A stretch of 64,000 bases of DNA, taken from assembly GCA_050575255.1 (NCBI GenBank), contig JBNZDD010013491.1:62001-126000 (forward strand), written 5' to 3'. This DNA comes from Harriotta raleighana. Its lineage: Eukaryota. How positions within the stretch are numbered: position 1 is the stretch's first letter; every line of letters begins with the position of its first letter. The translations under genes and the position numbers were made by a program. The notes beneath the pieces were generated by a model, which was not told the DNA's origin, made no database searches, and saw only the letters and a program-made list of their open reading frames with translations. Shown in pieces: positions 38,444 through 49,800 of the stretch.

Positions 38444-39355
38444 TTAAATGTCTATCCTTGTGTGCAAGGCGCTGTGTTTGCTGTCGTGGTCCCAATATGA
38501 ACAGTGCATCATGGAAAGATCTGCGGGCTGCCGGGCACAAGAGAACTGGAGCCCGGCTCCGTTGCCGGATGATTGCGGTGGAGCCGGGCTGAGCTGCTGA
38601 CCGTGGGGGTGATGGTGATGGGCCATGCCGTTGTAGGAGTTCACCATGCTGGGCAGGGCCATGCTCTGAACTCGGGCGTAAGGGCTGTACGAAGCGTGTC
38701 CAGTGAGTCCCTTCACGCTGACGGGGCTGACGTTGCCGCTGCTCATTTGGCAGGAGGGGTAGGGCATGGGGGCCGGCGGCTGGGCCAGCGACCACGAACT
38801 GTTCATGAACGTCGACTGCAAGTACTTGGGTGGTCCCAGGTAGCCGTAGCTGTCACTGGCGAATATGGTGGTCTTGCCGTGTTGGAAGTGGCTGGGAGGG
38901 GGCCTGAAAGGTCGCTTCATCCGCCTCCTCCTCCGGTAGTTGCCCTTCTCGAACATGTCTTCGCAAGCCGGGTCTAGGGTCCAGTAGTTGCCCTTCCTCT
39001 CCCCCCCGCCTTCCCTGGGCACTTTGATGAAACACTCGTTCAGGCTCAGGTTGTGCCGGATGCTGTTCTGCCAGCCTTTCTTGTTCTTCTCGTAGAAGGG
39101 GAACTTGGTGATGATGTACTGGTAGATCCCCGAGAGGGTCAGCCTTTTCTCGGGGCTCTCTCTGATAGCCATCGCGATCAGGGCCACATAGGAATAGGGC
39201 GGTTTCTGTGAAGGGTCGGGTTTCTCCCCAGCCTTGTCCGGGGGGGAGTCGCTCTTGTCTCGGTCGATTTCTCTGGAGCCGGCTGTGGGGCTGCTGGGGT
39301 TGTTGTCAGTTATCAAAACCATGGTCTCATCTTCGGGTTGTTGGTAAGAGGCCAT
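38444..39355 (-). CDS. FOXL2: Forkhead box protein L2, single exon, 303 aa
   Basis: Translation [10 protein letters not shown]...[103 protein letters not shown]...[22 protein letters not shown] has the FOXL2-specific forkhead domain (about 38910-39205) and C-terminus. First ATG at 39355 is in strong Kozak context (GGGATGG). The ORF track's start at 39373 is a TTG. Confidence 0.98.
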   Translation of the reverse strand: MASYQQPEDETMVLITDNNPSSPTAGSREIDRDKSDSPPDKAGEKPDPSQKPPYSYVALIAMAIRESPEKRLTLSGIYQYIITKFPFYEKNKKGWQNSIRHNLSLNECFIKVPREGGGERKGNYWTLDPACEDMFEKGNYRRRRRMKRPFRPPPSHFQHGKTTIFASDSYGYLGPPKYLQSTFMNSSWSLAQPPAPMPYPSCQMSSGNVSPVSVKGLTGHASYSPYARVQSMALPSMVNSYNGMAHHHHPHGQQLSPAPPQSSGNGAGLQFSCARQPADLSMMHCSYWDHDSKHSALHTRIDI

Positions 39356-39960
39356 CCCGGCGCTGAAACCCAAGTCCTTTTTCCTCGCTCCCTCTCGTTA
39401 CTCCCCCCACACCCCCCGCCCCCTCCCCAAGTGCAGTTACCGGTGTCTTTAATAAAGAAAATAACTTGCAGCTATTCGCAGCTCTGTCTTGCTCTTCAGT
39501 GCAAAGGGGCCCCACTTTCTGTCTTTCGCTTTTGTTGTTCTTGTTGTTGTTGCGTTACATTACCCAACAACGGGGCTGTCTGTCTGTCTGTCTGTGTGTC
39601 TGTCTGGCTGTGTGTCTGGACTCGTTGCAAAGTCTGGTTCAAGTTCGTGTTCAGTGCAAAGGCAATAAATAGTAGGGTTAGGGCGTCTGACTGATTGACT
39701 GACTGTCTGTGTGTGTGTGTGTATGTGTGCTCCCGAGGTTGAGCAGACCAGTTTCTGTGTCTCTATCACTGCACGCAGTGCCCTTTTCGTCCTCTTGCAA
39801 ATGGGAGAGAAAAATGTGTCGTCCCTATTCGCGAATCTCTCGGCCTATGTGGTGGCCAGGCTGGGTTAGTCCTCTCATTGGAGCTCAGCCACTCACATCC
39901 GCTCTTGCTTCGTTCCCTCCCCCCCCCGTCTTCGCCACTCCCATCAGCTGCCAAACCCAA
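39356..39960 (-). promoter_or_regulatory. FOXL2 5' leader and proximal promoter
   Basis: CpG-rich; CCAAT on the minus strand at 39877-39881; G-rich boxes around 39915-39930; the minus strand has only one ATG in about 520 nt upstream of the CDS. The TSS is not determinable from sequence. Confidence 0.6.
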
Positions 39961-40137
39961 ACCCCACCTCGAGTCCACTCGGGTCGAGTTGGAACAGAAT
40001 TCAGTGGAGGGGAGAAAAAACACCGTCAAAATCTTTTGAATACCCGTTCAAAATAATTTTTTTTTTTTAAAAAGACGCATCATTTTCTTTTGGAGCTTCA
40101 GTATTCATTTGATCATCATCATGATCATCATCATGAT

Positions 40138-40345
40138 CATAATACTTGCATTTGATGGAGCGCTTTTCGCATCTTCGCGACGTCTCAAAGCGCTTCCAGG
40201 AATGTGCTCTTGAAGTGAATTGATCATATCTGGGCGAAACGCAGCAGCCGGTTGCGCACAGCATTGTCCCCACAAACAGCGGTGGATTGAAGTGTCCAAA
40301 TTATTCTTGTTGATTTTTTTATTCCATTGAGGGATTATTATCAGG
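40138..40345 (-). mobile_element. SINE 3' two-thirds just upstream of the FOXL2 promoter
   Basis: Core and tail; tail repeat has drifted to ATG/ATC-type repeats at 40110-40140. Confidence 0.88.
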
Positions 40346-42686
40346 AATAAGATTACAACTTTTCCCCATGAATTGTTCTACATTTACCTTTTTTGGGGGG
40401 GTTGGGGGGCTCTATAAACACACAATGCTTTGTGAACTGGAAGGAAAGGAGAGAAAACGTGGCACCCAGGAGAGACTAGAGTTTGGAGGACTAAATGAAA
40501 TAGAGCAAATTGAATTGTCACCATTTTATTGTAAGACTCCTCACACCCACACCCCCACCCACCCACCCACATGATATTGGAAAGGTGCACACATTTACAA
40601 TGCAATACTGTTCAACGCTGAGCAACGTGTTATTTTCTGATGTAGAGTTGGGCAGCGTCAGATTAAATTAAAATAAAAAGATTTTTTTTAGAGACAGAGA
40701 GAGGAATGCAGATTCAGAGGAACTTTGTTCTCAATATCTGAAGAAGATAACGAGAGTTTTCAGACCCGTGAAAAAGAACCAGCTAATCCGGTTTCTTTTC
40801 ATTGATCTAGATCAGATCACATACCAGTTTGAACCTGACCCCGGTGTATAAATCATAGCTCAGTCACTAACAGGTGGGTCTGACTGACTCGGTTCGAGTA
40901 GTAGATTGTAAAGAGATATCTATCAGTGTCTGAAACAGATTGATCAGCAACACACACACACACACGTCTTTAGTGTTTTGCAGTTTTCTACCAAACGAAC
41001 CCTGGAGGCGCTGTGATTTATTTTTATTTATTTATTTATTGTTATTATTATTTTTTGGGGGGCGAGGGGTTGGTCGACCACCCATATCGACATGTTGCCT
41101 GATTCTATGAGGTATTTTCAGCGACTGATAGTGTTAACTGGAATCTTTTTCCCTGCCGCTTTGAAACATAAACTTGTCTTCCAACTCCGGTGAGTAGCAG
41201 TGAGTGGTTCAATTCTTTGCCAATTCTACTGTAGAAACACAACCCCCCCCTCACACCCCCCCCCACATAACACCCCCCCCCCCCGCCCCCATGGCTCACA
41301 GCAGTTTCATATGAACATCTTCTGTTGGTTCGCCTAACTTTTATCGCAATTATCCTTCCTGTTCCTGCCTATACCTGTCTGGCGATCAATCGTTTAACAG
41401 CAATAAGCACTGACTGTTGCGAATATCGTTATAACCAGTTTATTGAGTTCCCTGAGCAATGGGAAGAGAATAGAGAAAGAGAGAGACATATATACACACA
41501 CACACACACACAGACAGACACATATACACACACAGAGACACGCAGAGAGACACCCTTAAAAGACTGAAAGGCACGAAGCAGTAAATAAATACATTTCACA
41601 GTTAATCATATTTCACCAGTCGACTGAAATGTCCCTGTGTGAGCCGGGCAGGACAGTAAGACGGAAATAATCAAGAGTCGAAGTGTCCCATCTGCAGCCT
41701 AGACAGGCTGAAGGGTATCAATTCCAGTTGCCTTCTGCACTTCAATAGGTTAGTGTTTACGGTGCTGTTTGTTAACACATTTGGTGGCTGAAGAAGACAA
41801 CCCCCCCACCCCCCAAACCCCCCACCCCGCCCACCTCAGTTATGCGGCGACCTGTTCAATCCTGCAATCGATCAGCCTCTCTCTGCGGTGAGAGGTCGAT
41901 AACTTTTCTTTTCAAATAAAACAGAAGTAAAGAAACGGCTGTATGTCAGCAAAGCTACTTCGAATGAACCTGCAGTACGTGGAAGCTGAGGTTGAGACTT
42001 CATTCATCGTCAATGGAGGAGGAAACTCAACGACTGTGTTAAACTGTCTATAGCGCTTTCTATACATTGCTCGCTGCGCTATTGCTTAGTCCTGTCATCC
42101 ACTGTCCAAATCCTGCTGATAATGTACCCATCAGTACATCCCTCCTTTCCCCGTTGAAAGACATGAACAGTTCAGTTCACCAACGGCAGTTCAGACACAC
42201 GGTTAGTTTGCTATCTATGGGCAGATGCACAGTGAAGACAAGTCCAATAAAACTCACACATTTACCGCAGAACAGCCGGAATTTGGGATTCTTATCATTG
42301 GAAAAGAATCGTGTCACGGAAGATTAAACGCTTTCTCATATTAGTTGAATACCGAAATCCAAATATTCCCCAATACCAATCAGTCTATGTGCATATGTAT
42401 ATATATCTATATATTTTCCAAATTGTATTTAGCAGTGTGCTCAANATATATCTATATATTTTACAAATTGTATTTAGCAGTGTGCTCAAATGTCCTCGCC
42501 GTGAATATGTACACGTTACAGTCAGTCGGTGATAATTTGCAACAGATTGGGCGTTTGAGAGGCTTTTAGTTGTTTTTCAGTGGGTTACTGTGTCTTTGCG
42601 AGACAAGAGGAAAGATCTGCACAGCAAGAATGTGTGAACCGTGTGTCACAACACAGAGAGGTCTGGGGGGGGGGGGGGGGGGGGAG

Positions 42687-42783
42687 NNNNNNNNNNNNNN
42701 NNNNNNNNNNNNNNNNNNNNNNNNNNNNNNNNNNNNNNNNNNNNNNNNNNNNNNNNNNNNNNNNNNNNNNNNNNNNNNNNNNN
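42687..42783. other. Assembly gap within a poly-G tract
   Basis: Run of N. Confidence 1.
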
Positions 42784-43007
42784 GGGGGTGCAGAATACAG
42801 CATCACAGCAGAGCACACATCAGCACGGGTTAACTGCAAAAATAAATAACACACACACACACACACACATATCACAATCGCTTTGACAAGCCAACTGCAA
42901 GGCCACGGATTTTCAACTTGATTAACAGTGTCACAGATTCAATTCAGCGGACAGCGGTGATGTTGGTGTGGAGTAGGTCAGCCACTTACTGCACCCACCT
43001 GTTATTA

Positions 43008-43070
43008 TAAGCGCTTTGAGACGTCCAGGAGACATGAAAAGCCTTATAGCAAATGCAGGGATTATGAATT
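43008..43070 (+). mobile_element. SINE tail fragment
   Basis: aagcgctttgagacgtccaggagacatgaaaagcc...aaatgcagggattat. Confidence 0.75.
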
Positions 43071-45841
43071 ACTATTAGCATTATGATATCACTTTCTTTT
43101 TGAGCAGTCGAGCCCTGAAATGGCAATTTGACGTGTTTTAACGTGTGATTCTTGTTGCTTTTTGTGGTTGTTGCAATACACGCTCTCCTGAACAGGAGAA
43201 TTAACTGCTCGCACTGGATTCCTTCGCTTGAACTACACGCGTGACAGAATATACAGTGAAATGCGAACACCCTGTGCTCTAACTGCATGTAATATTGGAG
43301 TTCCATGAGAGAGAGAGAGAGAAGGGGGGGAAGAGACAAATAGTGGGAGAGAGAGAGAGAGAGAGAGAGGATGGGAGAGAATACAAATGGTTATTATATA
43401 ATTTAACCGATTTTAAACAAACTGCTTGGTTCATCTCATTATTGATTATGGCGTCTGCCTTTTCATCCAACAAGTCAATCAATGTATTGATCAATCAAAG
43501 ATCAATTGTTTTTCTTTGACTGTTTATCAGACGGCTGTGTTCCTGAATGCACAGCTAGAATATGCGAATGTATTCCATAGGTGGGAGGGATATGGATGAT
43601 AAATTAACATGGATACTGATTGATTTATATGCTGAGATTTTGGATGGCCTTGCAAGGAGAGGTAGAGAACAGGATTTCAAATCTGACCGAGTCTATGCTT
43701 AATGAAAAAAACACTGAACAAAAATGATTGCAAACAAAAAATTGTCACCAGTTTCGCCCATCGAGTTTCTAAATCGGACAGAAAAGGTTTTGATGAATCC
43801 GAATGGGAAATAAACACGCACAATCTCTTTTTTTTGGAAGGTGGAGGGTGGGGGGGGGGGTGGGGTTGTTATTTGCAGCAAGATGGGATTATATGGAACA
43901 CAGGAATTATTCTATCTGTTGAGCAAATGTTACATTTGCCACTTGTGAATGGGATCCCAGAAAGACCCATAGAGAAAAGAAATGGGGACAAGTCTTTTTT
44001 TTCCAGATCGCTGCTCCTTGCAAAGCAATCTGCAGGAGCCAACGTAAAGCCTAATCCAATTGAAGACATATACATGCCAGAGGGAAGAACTTTTGAAGAG
44101 CACATTTATTTTAAGTGACTTGAAATTCATTGTTGGTTTCAATAAATGTCATTGAAACACAGACATAAAGAACACACACACATACACACACACACACACA
44201 CACGAGAGTGTGTGACACCCCAAGGCATTGGTGACACGTTTAACATCTTTTACTTTCCATTTTCCAACAGTGATCCCACTCTGCTGTTCACCTCATGGGA
44301 ATCACGTTCCCTTTAATTCTATGCACGGGTTTCTAGGTAAAAAAAATTAAAACACATCAATATAATCATGGAGATTACATTTAAGAAATTAGAGCTTTAA
44401 GATTCGAATACAGGGTGGGCAAAAGAAAAATCATGAACGCATTACAATATTTAATCTAAAAGAAATGATGATTCTTTTTAGAAAACAAAGACAAATTATA
44501 ATGAATCGTCACTCCTCTCAACAGCAGCAACAACACAATCCCAAACCTTTCCAAGCACATTCACTTCGGGTTGCACCAGAAAAAAATACACACCATACAA
44601 TCTGCTGTGTGAAACTCATCTTCTTTATACATCAAACTGCCCCTACTTGTGCGTGAAATGCTATGAATGAAGCAGCGAGGCTAGGCTGCAAATAGATCAT
44701 CTAAGGCGGTTGAAACACCACTCACTCACACACAATCTCTCTCTCACTCACTCACTCTCTCTCTCTCACACGATTTTTGCAATGAGCTCACTGCCCTTTT
44801 CCCAGAAGTTGATCGCTCGTTTAGTTTTGCTTTCTAATCTGTACTTTAAGCAGTAATCCTGTGTGTGCTTTTTTCTCTCTCTCTCCCCCCACCCCCACAC
44901 ACACTCACCCTCCCTCCTGCCTTTAAAGGCATTTATTGCACCTATGAGGCTCGACTTTGATTTGCAGATTAAACCCATCTATCCTTATTCTGAACTAGAT
45001 CACATTGATAAGAAGCCGTGCTTTCGTTTTTTTGCAGGTAACTAACTAGTGGCGTGGGTGTCAATTGTGTTTTTTTTTAACATTAAATGCTTTTGTAGTG
45101 TTATTGTGTTAGTAAAACACAGTCTGTTGAAAGCGAAGGAGAAAGCATCAGGCGTTGGGTTGGTGAGTACACGCGGTGAAAGGTCTGAAACAATTTGAGA
45201 GGGAATGGAGAGAGGGAGCGAGGGGGAGGGAGGGGGAGGGAGGGAGTGAGGGCGGGGAGGGGGGGGTGGGAGAAGAAGCAAAAAAAACACGCTTAATAAC
45301 CATCCTGTATTTTGATTTTAAAAAAACACAATCCGCTGCTGGAATCCGTACTAAAATACATCAACAAATAAACCCCGATTGGAGGGAGTCACTCACACAC
45401 GTGTAGCAGCAACAAGTCATTAAATTTGTACATCTCTAAACAACTAGAATTCGGATTCATTGAAAGCCAAGTGTTTAAAGTGGGGATATTGCTGTTAATT
45501 GTTTTTTTGAGTTGGGGGAGGTGGTGGTGGGAGGATGTGGAGGTTTTTTTTAATGTCTGGGTCTGGGTTGTTTATCATTGCTCTGGTTTCATGCTGGAGT
45601 TACAGTAGTTATGAGTAAGGTACCTTATAACTGTCCGCCGATAACACAACAGCTGCTCTTTTGAATTTTGGTCTTGGAAACTGGACTTGCGAGTGACACG
45701 GAGAGAGTTGGGAAAGTTACAATATACGACTGAGAGAGAGAGAGAAAGAGACGAAGTTATTATACGTGGAGGTTTTTACTGCGAACACAATTCTAACTTT
45801 CCCCTTGATTCGATTCGAGTCGCAATGTCTGTGTCTGTCTG

Positions 45842-45873
<32 letters not shown>

Positions 45874-45932
45874 GCAAAATAACCAAGACTCAGCCATCAG
45901 ACATTCTCATNATCGATTCGAGTCGCAATGTC

Positions 45933-45976
<44 letters not shown>

Positions 45977-46767
45977 GCAAAATAACCAAGACTCAGCCAT
46001 CAGACATTCTCATTGGAACTATCTGCAAGACTGATTCACCGAAACTTGCTCCTCAACCCAATGCACAGAGTGTACTTCGGTGTGGGAGTTTGAATGTGGA
46101 TGAGAGGATGTGAAATGTTTGAGGAGTTGGTTTCGTGCTCTCGCAGTTTAACTCTCGCCTTCCTCCCCAAATGCCAAAACGTGGATTAAATGTCACAATA
46201 TTGTGCCCCAGTTTGACTGGGGATTAAAATGTTAACAGAAACTGCTCAGTTGCATTCCATTCCCTGTCTGGTCAACAATCTCCTTGGTCAAAAACCCTCC
46301 AAAGCCGTGGTCATTCAGCCCAAGTGCAAGTAGTTTATTGAAATAAAAAAATATATGAACATATCTGAATGAAAGCGCAGTTTCCTTTGGTTCCAAATGA
46401 AACGAAGGTGATCCCAGAATTGTGTGCTCGGATATACGTTCCCCAGAACACTTGCAGAAATGATCACTGATCAGCTCATCTAACTGTATTGCTTCACAAT
46501 ACAATATAAAGATTGTTTTCGCCCTCCTCCCCACCCCCCCCCCCACCGCCTTGCTTTCCCCAAAGTGCAAACAAATTGACTTCAAATCGCAGTTGAATGG
46601 ATTGCGGAACATAACTGTACGCAAGGTCACTGAAGTTTCAAGCTTCAGAGTGTTTCTTTTCCAAATCATATTTTTTTTAAATGGGTTGGAACCATTTTTA
46701 AAACATAAAAACAGAAGCGACTGATAGACGATGCTTTTATTAAAGGCAGGTCGTGCTCTCGTAGTTA

Positions 46768-46830
46768 TCACCTATCACTCTCACCGATTACCTATCACTC
46801 TCATCGATTACCCATCTCCCTCACCGATTC
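46768..46830. repeat. 20-bp tandem repeat, three copies
   Basis: acctatcactctcaccgatt repeated with variants. Confidence 0.85.
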
Positions 46831-49800
46831 AACAATCGATCATTAAACGATGGGAACATACACACACACACACACAAACACACACATAATAAATACGTAT
46901 TTAAAAATCTGTTCTCCCAACTTTCACTTGTCCTTGACGACCCATTGTGTCACAGATGGTGAGAAATACCAATAGCGAACTGAGTAAATTAGCATTCAGC
47001 GATGTTTGCTTTGAACAGACAAACTATTTGGGCAAACTAACAAGGGACAATTAAGAACTGTTAGTGAGCTCTGTTTGTTGACTGTGGTTGTTTTGTAGCC
47101 GTGTCTGGGTAACCCTAAACCAAATGAAGAAGGGAAAAATAAATAAACGCAATGACATTTATTCAGCCTCTGCAGTGGAATCCAATAGAGCAAACGCCTA
47201 AACCACTGTACTGTCTCTCCGAACAATATATTTAAATACGTCTACAAGCATTCCGGGAAAATATACTGTCTTTCCGGTTTTGCAAACACAAACACTTTCT
47301 GTGATGCTTATGTGTTGACACGTAAAATAGACCTTAGATTAAACTGGTTCTTTCAGGGATGTGTCCACCATATCCTTTCAGAGTTTGCAAGATACTCTTT
47401 TGGCTTATGGGGACATTGTAGGGAAACGACTGAATAAAAAGAAGACCAAACGCCCAATGCCGTTGTTAAATGGTGCAGTGAGTGTGTGTGAGTGTGTTTA
47501 ACTAAAGCTACATAAAGTAAAACTCGCTTAAACAATTGGCAATTGGATAGTTTAAGGTTTCCACTCTTGTTAATTTGAATCCCCACTATATATACTGCAT
47601 CTGTTTGTGATAATTCCACATAAACGCTGTCTGTCATTCTCCTTATCTTAATGTCATACTCAAAAACCATGGGGAAATAGCATCGCAGCAATGCGTTATA
47701 TTAGTTTGAAATAATGCTATCTAATAATGCCTTTGCAACCACTTATTCTTGAAGCAAAATCCTCCTCGTCTATATACCATGCCTTTATAAGAATTCAAAC
47801 AAAACCGAGACTTTTGCTTTGCTCAAATGCAACAAGGAACATTCCAGTGATCGAAAATTAGCTGCAAATTCCAACTGGGGGAAAGAAAATCGTGTATATT
47901 TGACTGACCACATGTGAAACCTGAAAGACACCAGCAACCAGCTAAGCTACATTTGCATTCACTGAAGTGCAATTCGATCGCACAAACAAGCAGACGTGAG
48001 CACGGTTGTGAACTGTGTTGGGTGACTTAAATTTAGACTATTAGCGATGAATTACTTGCAACGAAGTACGATCTGATAACAAATACACACATTTATAGTT
48101 GCCTAAATCCAGTCATTGTATAGCTGTGTGGATGTTCTTGATATATATATATATAAAAAATGGCTGGTATGTCAGTACACAAGGAAATGATGTAGTTACA
48201 TTAGAATCCAGGGTATAGCCAGGCGGTAGTAATGTGTTAAATACAACTTCTTATTCCTTACATGTGGCTCTTATTTCCCGAGATTCTTGAACTGTTTAAT
48301 AGGTTTACAGGGGGGAGGGTGGGGGGGTGGGGAGAGGAACAAAAAGGATGTTACTCCAAGGCGCACTTCTACAGAAACAAGGATAGAAAAGACACTGGGA
48401 CGAGTTAGAGAGGGCGATTCACTTTAACTCAATTTAATTGTTGTTTGCAAATCCAGGCAGATTATTTTCTTAACTCACCTAAAGTATTTTTACGTTGCTA
48501 AATGGGAATTCCCTGCACATTCCCCCCGAACGACTGAGGATGTTCATTGACAGCCTTAACGTCACCTTTTCCATTCTCTCCCTCCCTCCCCCACACACCT
48601 CACCCCAGGTTCCTCCAACCAGGGGAATCTGTCGTTTATAGAGATTTGAGCTAATCTTGAACGCGATGAACAGAGGCAAATAAAGTCGGTGTATTATGAA
48701 CTGACCGTGTTTTGAGGGTTAATTCCAAGGAAAATAAGTGCAAGTGATATGGATGTGTGTTAGGAAAAAAAGGGCTAACTAGGGCCCAGCGGGGTATCTA
48801 CTGGACAGGGTAGGAGCAGAACTAACTTTAAGCTCCTGAGCTCCATTTAGCAAACACCAATCAATACAATGGGACTTTCTGCATTAAACAGTGGGTGAAA
48901 CATTGAAACTCTCTCCCACACAGTCCTGTGTGCAATGAAACAGTCGCTGCTTTTCAATGTGTGTTGGTGTTTGGCCTCATACCCTAAGTCTATTTCACTT
49001 TCAGACAGCGGTGGGAGTGCTGGGCAGGTCGTTTGAAAAGAGACATCGTTTCTCTCCAACCACAACGTTATGTTCCAATCCAGTTACACCACATCTATAT
49101 GAAAGAAAAAAAGAGAGCAATGCTTCAGAACAGGTATCTCAGTCATTCCCAGTGTAACAAGTCTTCGCCATTTCAAGGAGAACCTTAGGCAGGTTATGAG
49201 ATTATGAGTCGCACAATATTCTCATTTTAACTACAATGATAAGCCAATGATTTATCTCCAAACATTTGCATATTCTGGTATAAATTCTGGTATGATTTTG
49301 ATATCAAGTCTTATTCAGATTAATGCTTTTTTTTAATTAAAAAAATCAACTCAGACGAAACATCCTGGCAGGATTGCAGTGTGGATGCCCACATCCCCTC
49401 CTATATTGCAGGCTGATATATTATTCCAACCACATTCGATCACAAGACATCAAGTTTAAATAGTTCATGTGCTGGGAAACGTGCCACCGAAATCAGGATA
49501 AAATAAAAGAGAATATGTGATTATTCCTGAAAGTGAAAATCACACAAGTTGGGCAGTGAATGCTAAAATAGTTGGACGAGTTTCTTTCGAAATTTGGCAT
49601 CCAACTGTGAGTATTTCACAGAATCTCTACATTGAATATTTAAGATCGTTTGGAAATTAATATTGTAACCAATCTGATTTGAGGGATGACGTTGTGTAAT
49701 TATAAATAATCATATTTCTGTAATATTTGGGGTCCTGGTCATTGAGGAGATGGAAAGCAGCAACGTTTCGAGGTCAACTGTCAATAGTTTCTAATAGAAT

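Noticed and set aside
38140-39035. Overlapping and antisense ORFs across FOXL2
   Set aside because: Expected by-products of GC-rich coding sequence and simple repeats; no recognisable protein
39356-39373. N-terminal extension MGFSAG of FOXL2 in the ORF track
   Set aside because: It starts at TTG; the ATG at 39355 has strong Kozak context and aligns with the known MASY start
39900-42000. Divergent FOXL2NB/PFOXic-like transcript from a bidirectional promoter
   Set aside because: Known in mammals, but I see no exon structure or similarity supporting it here
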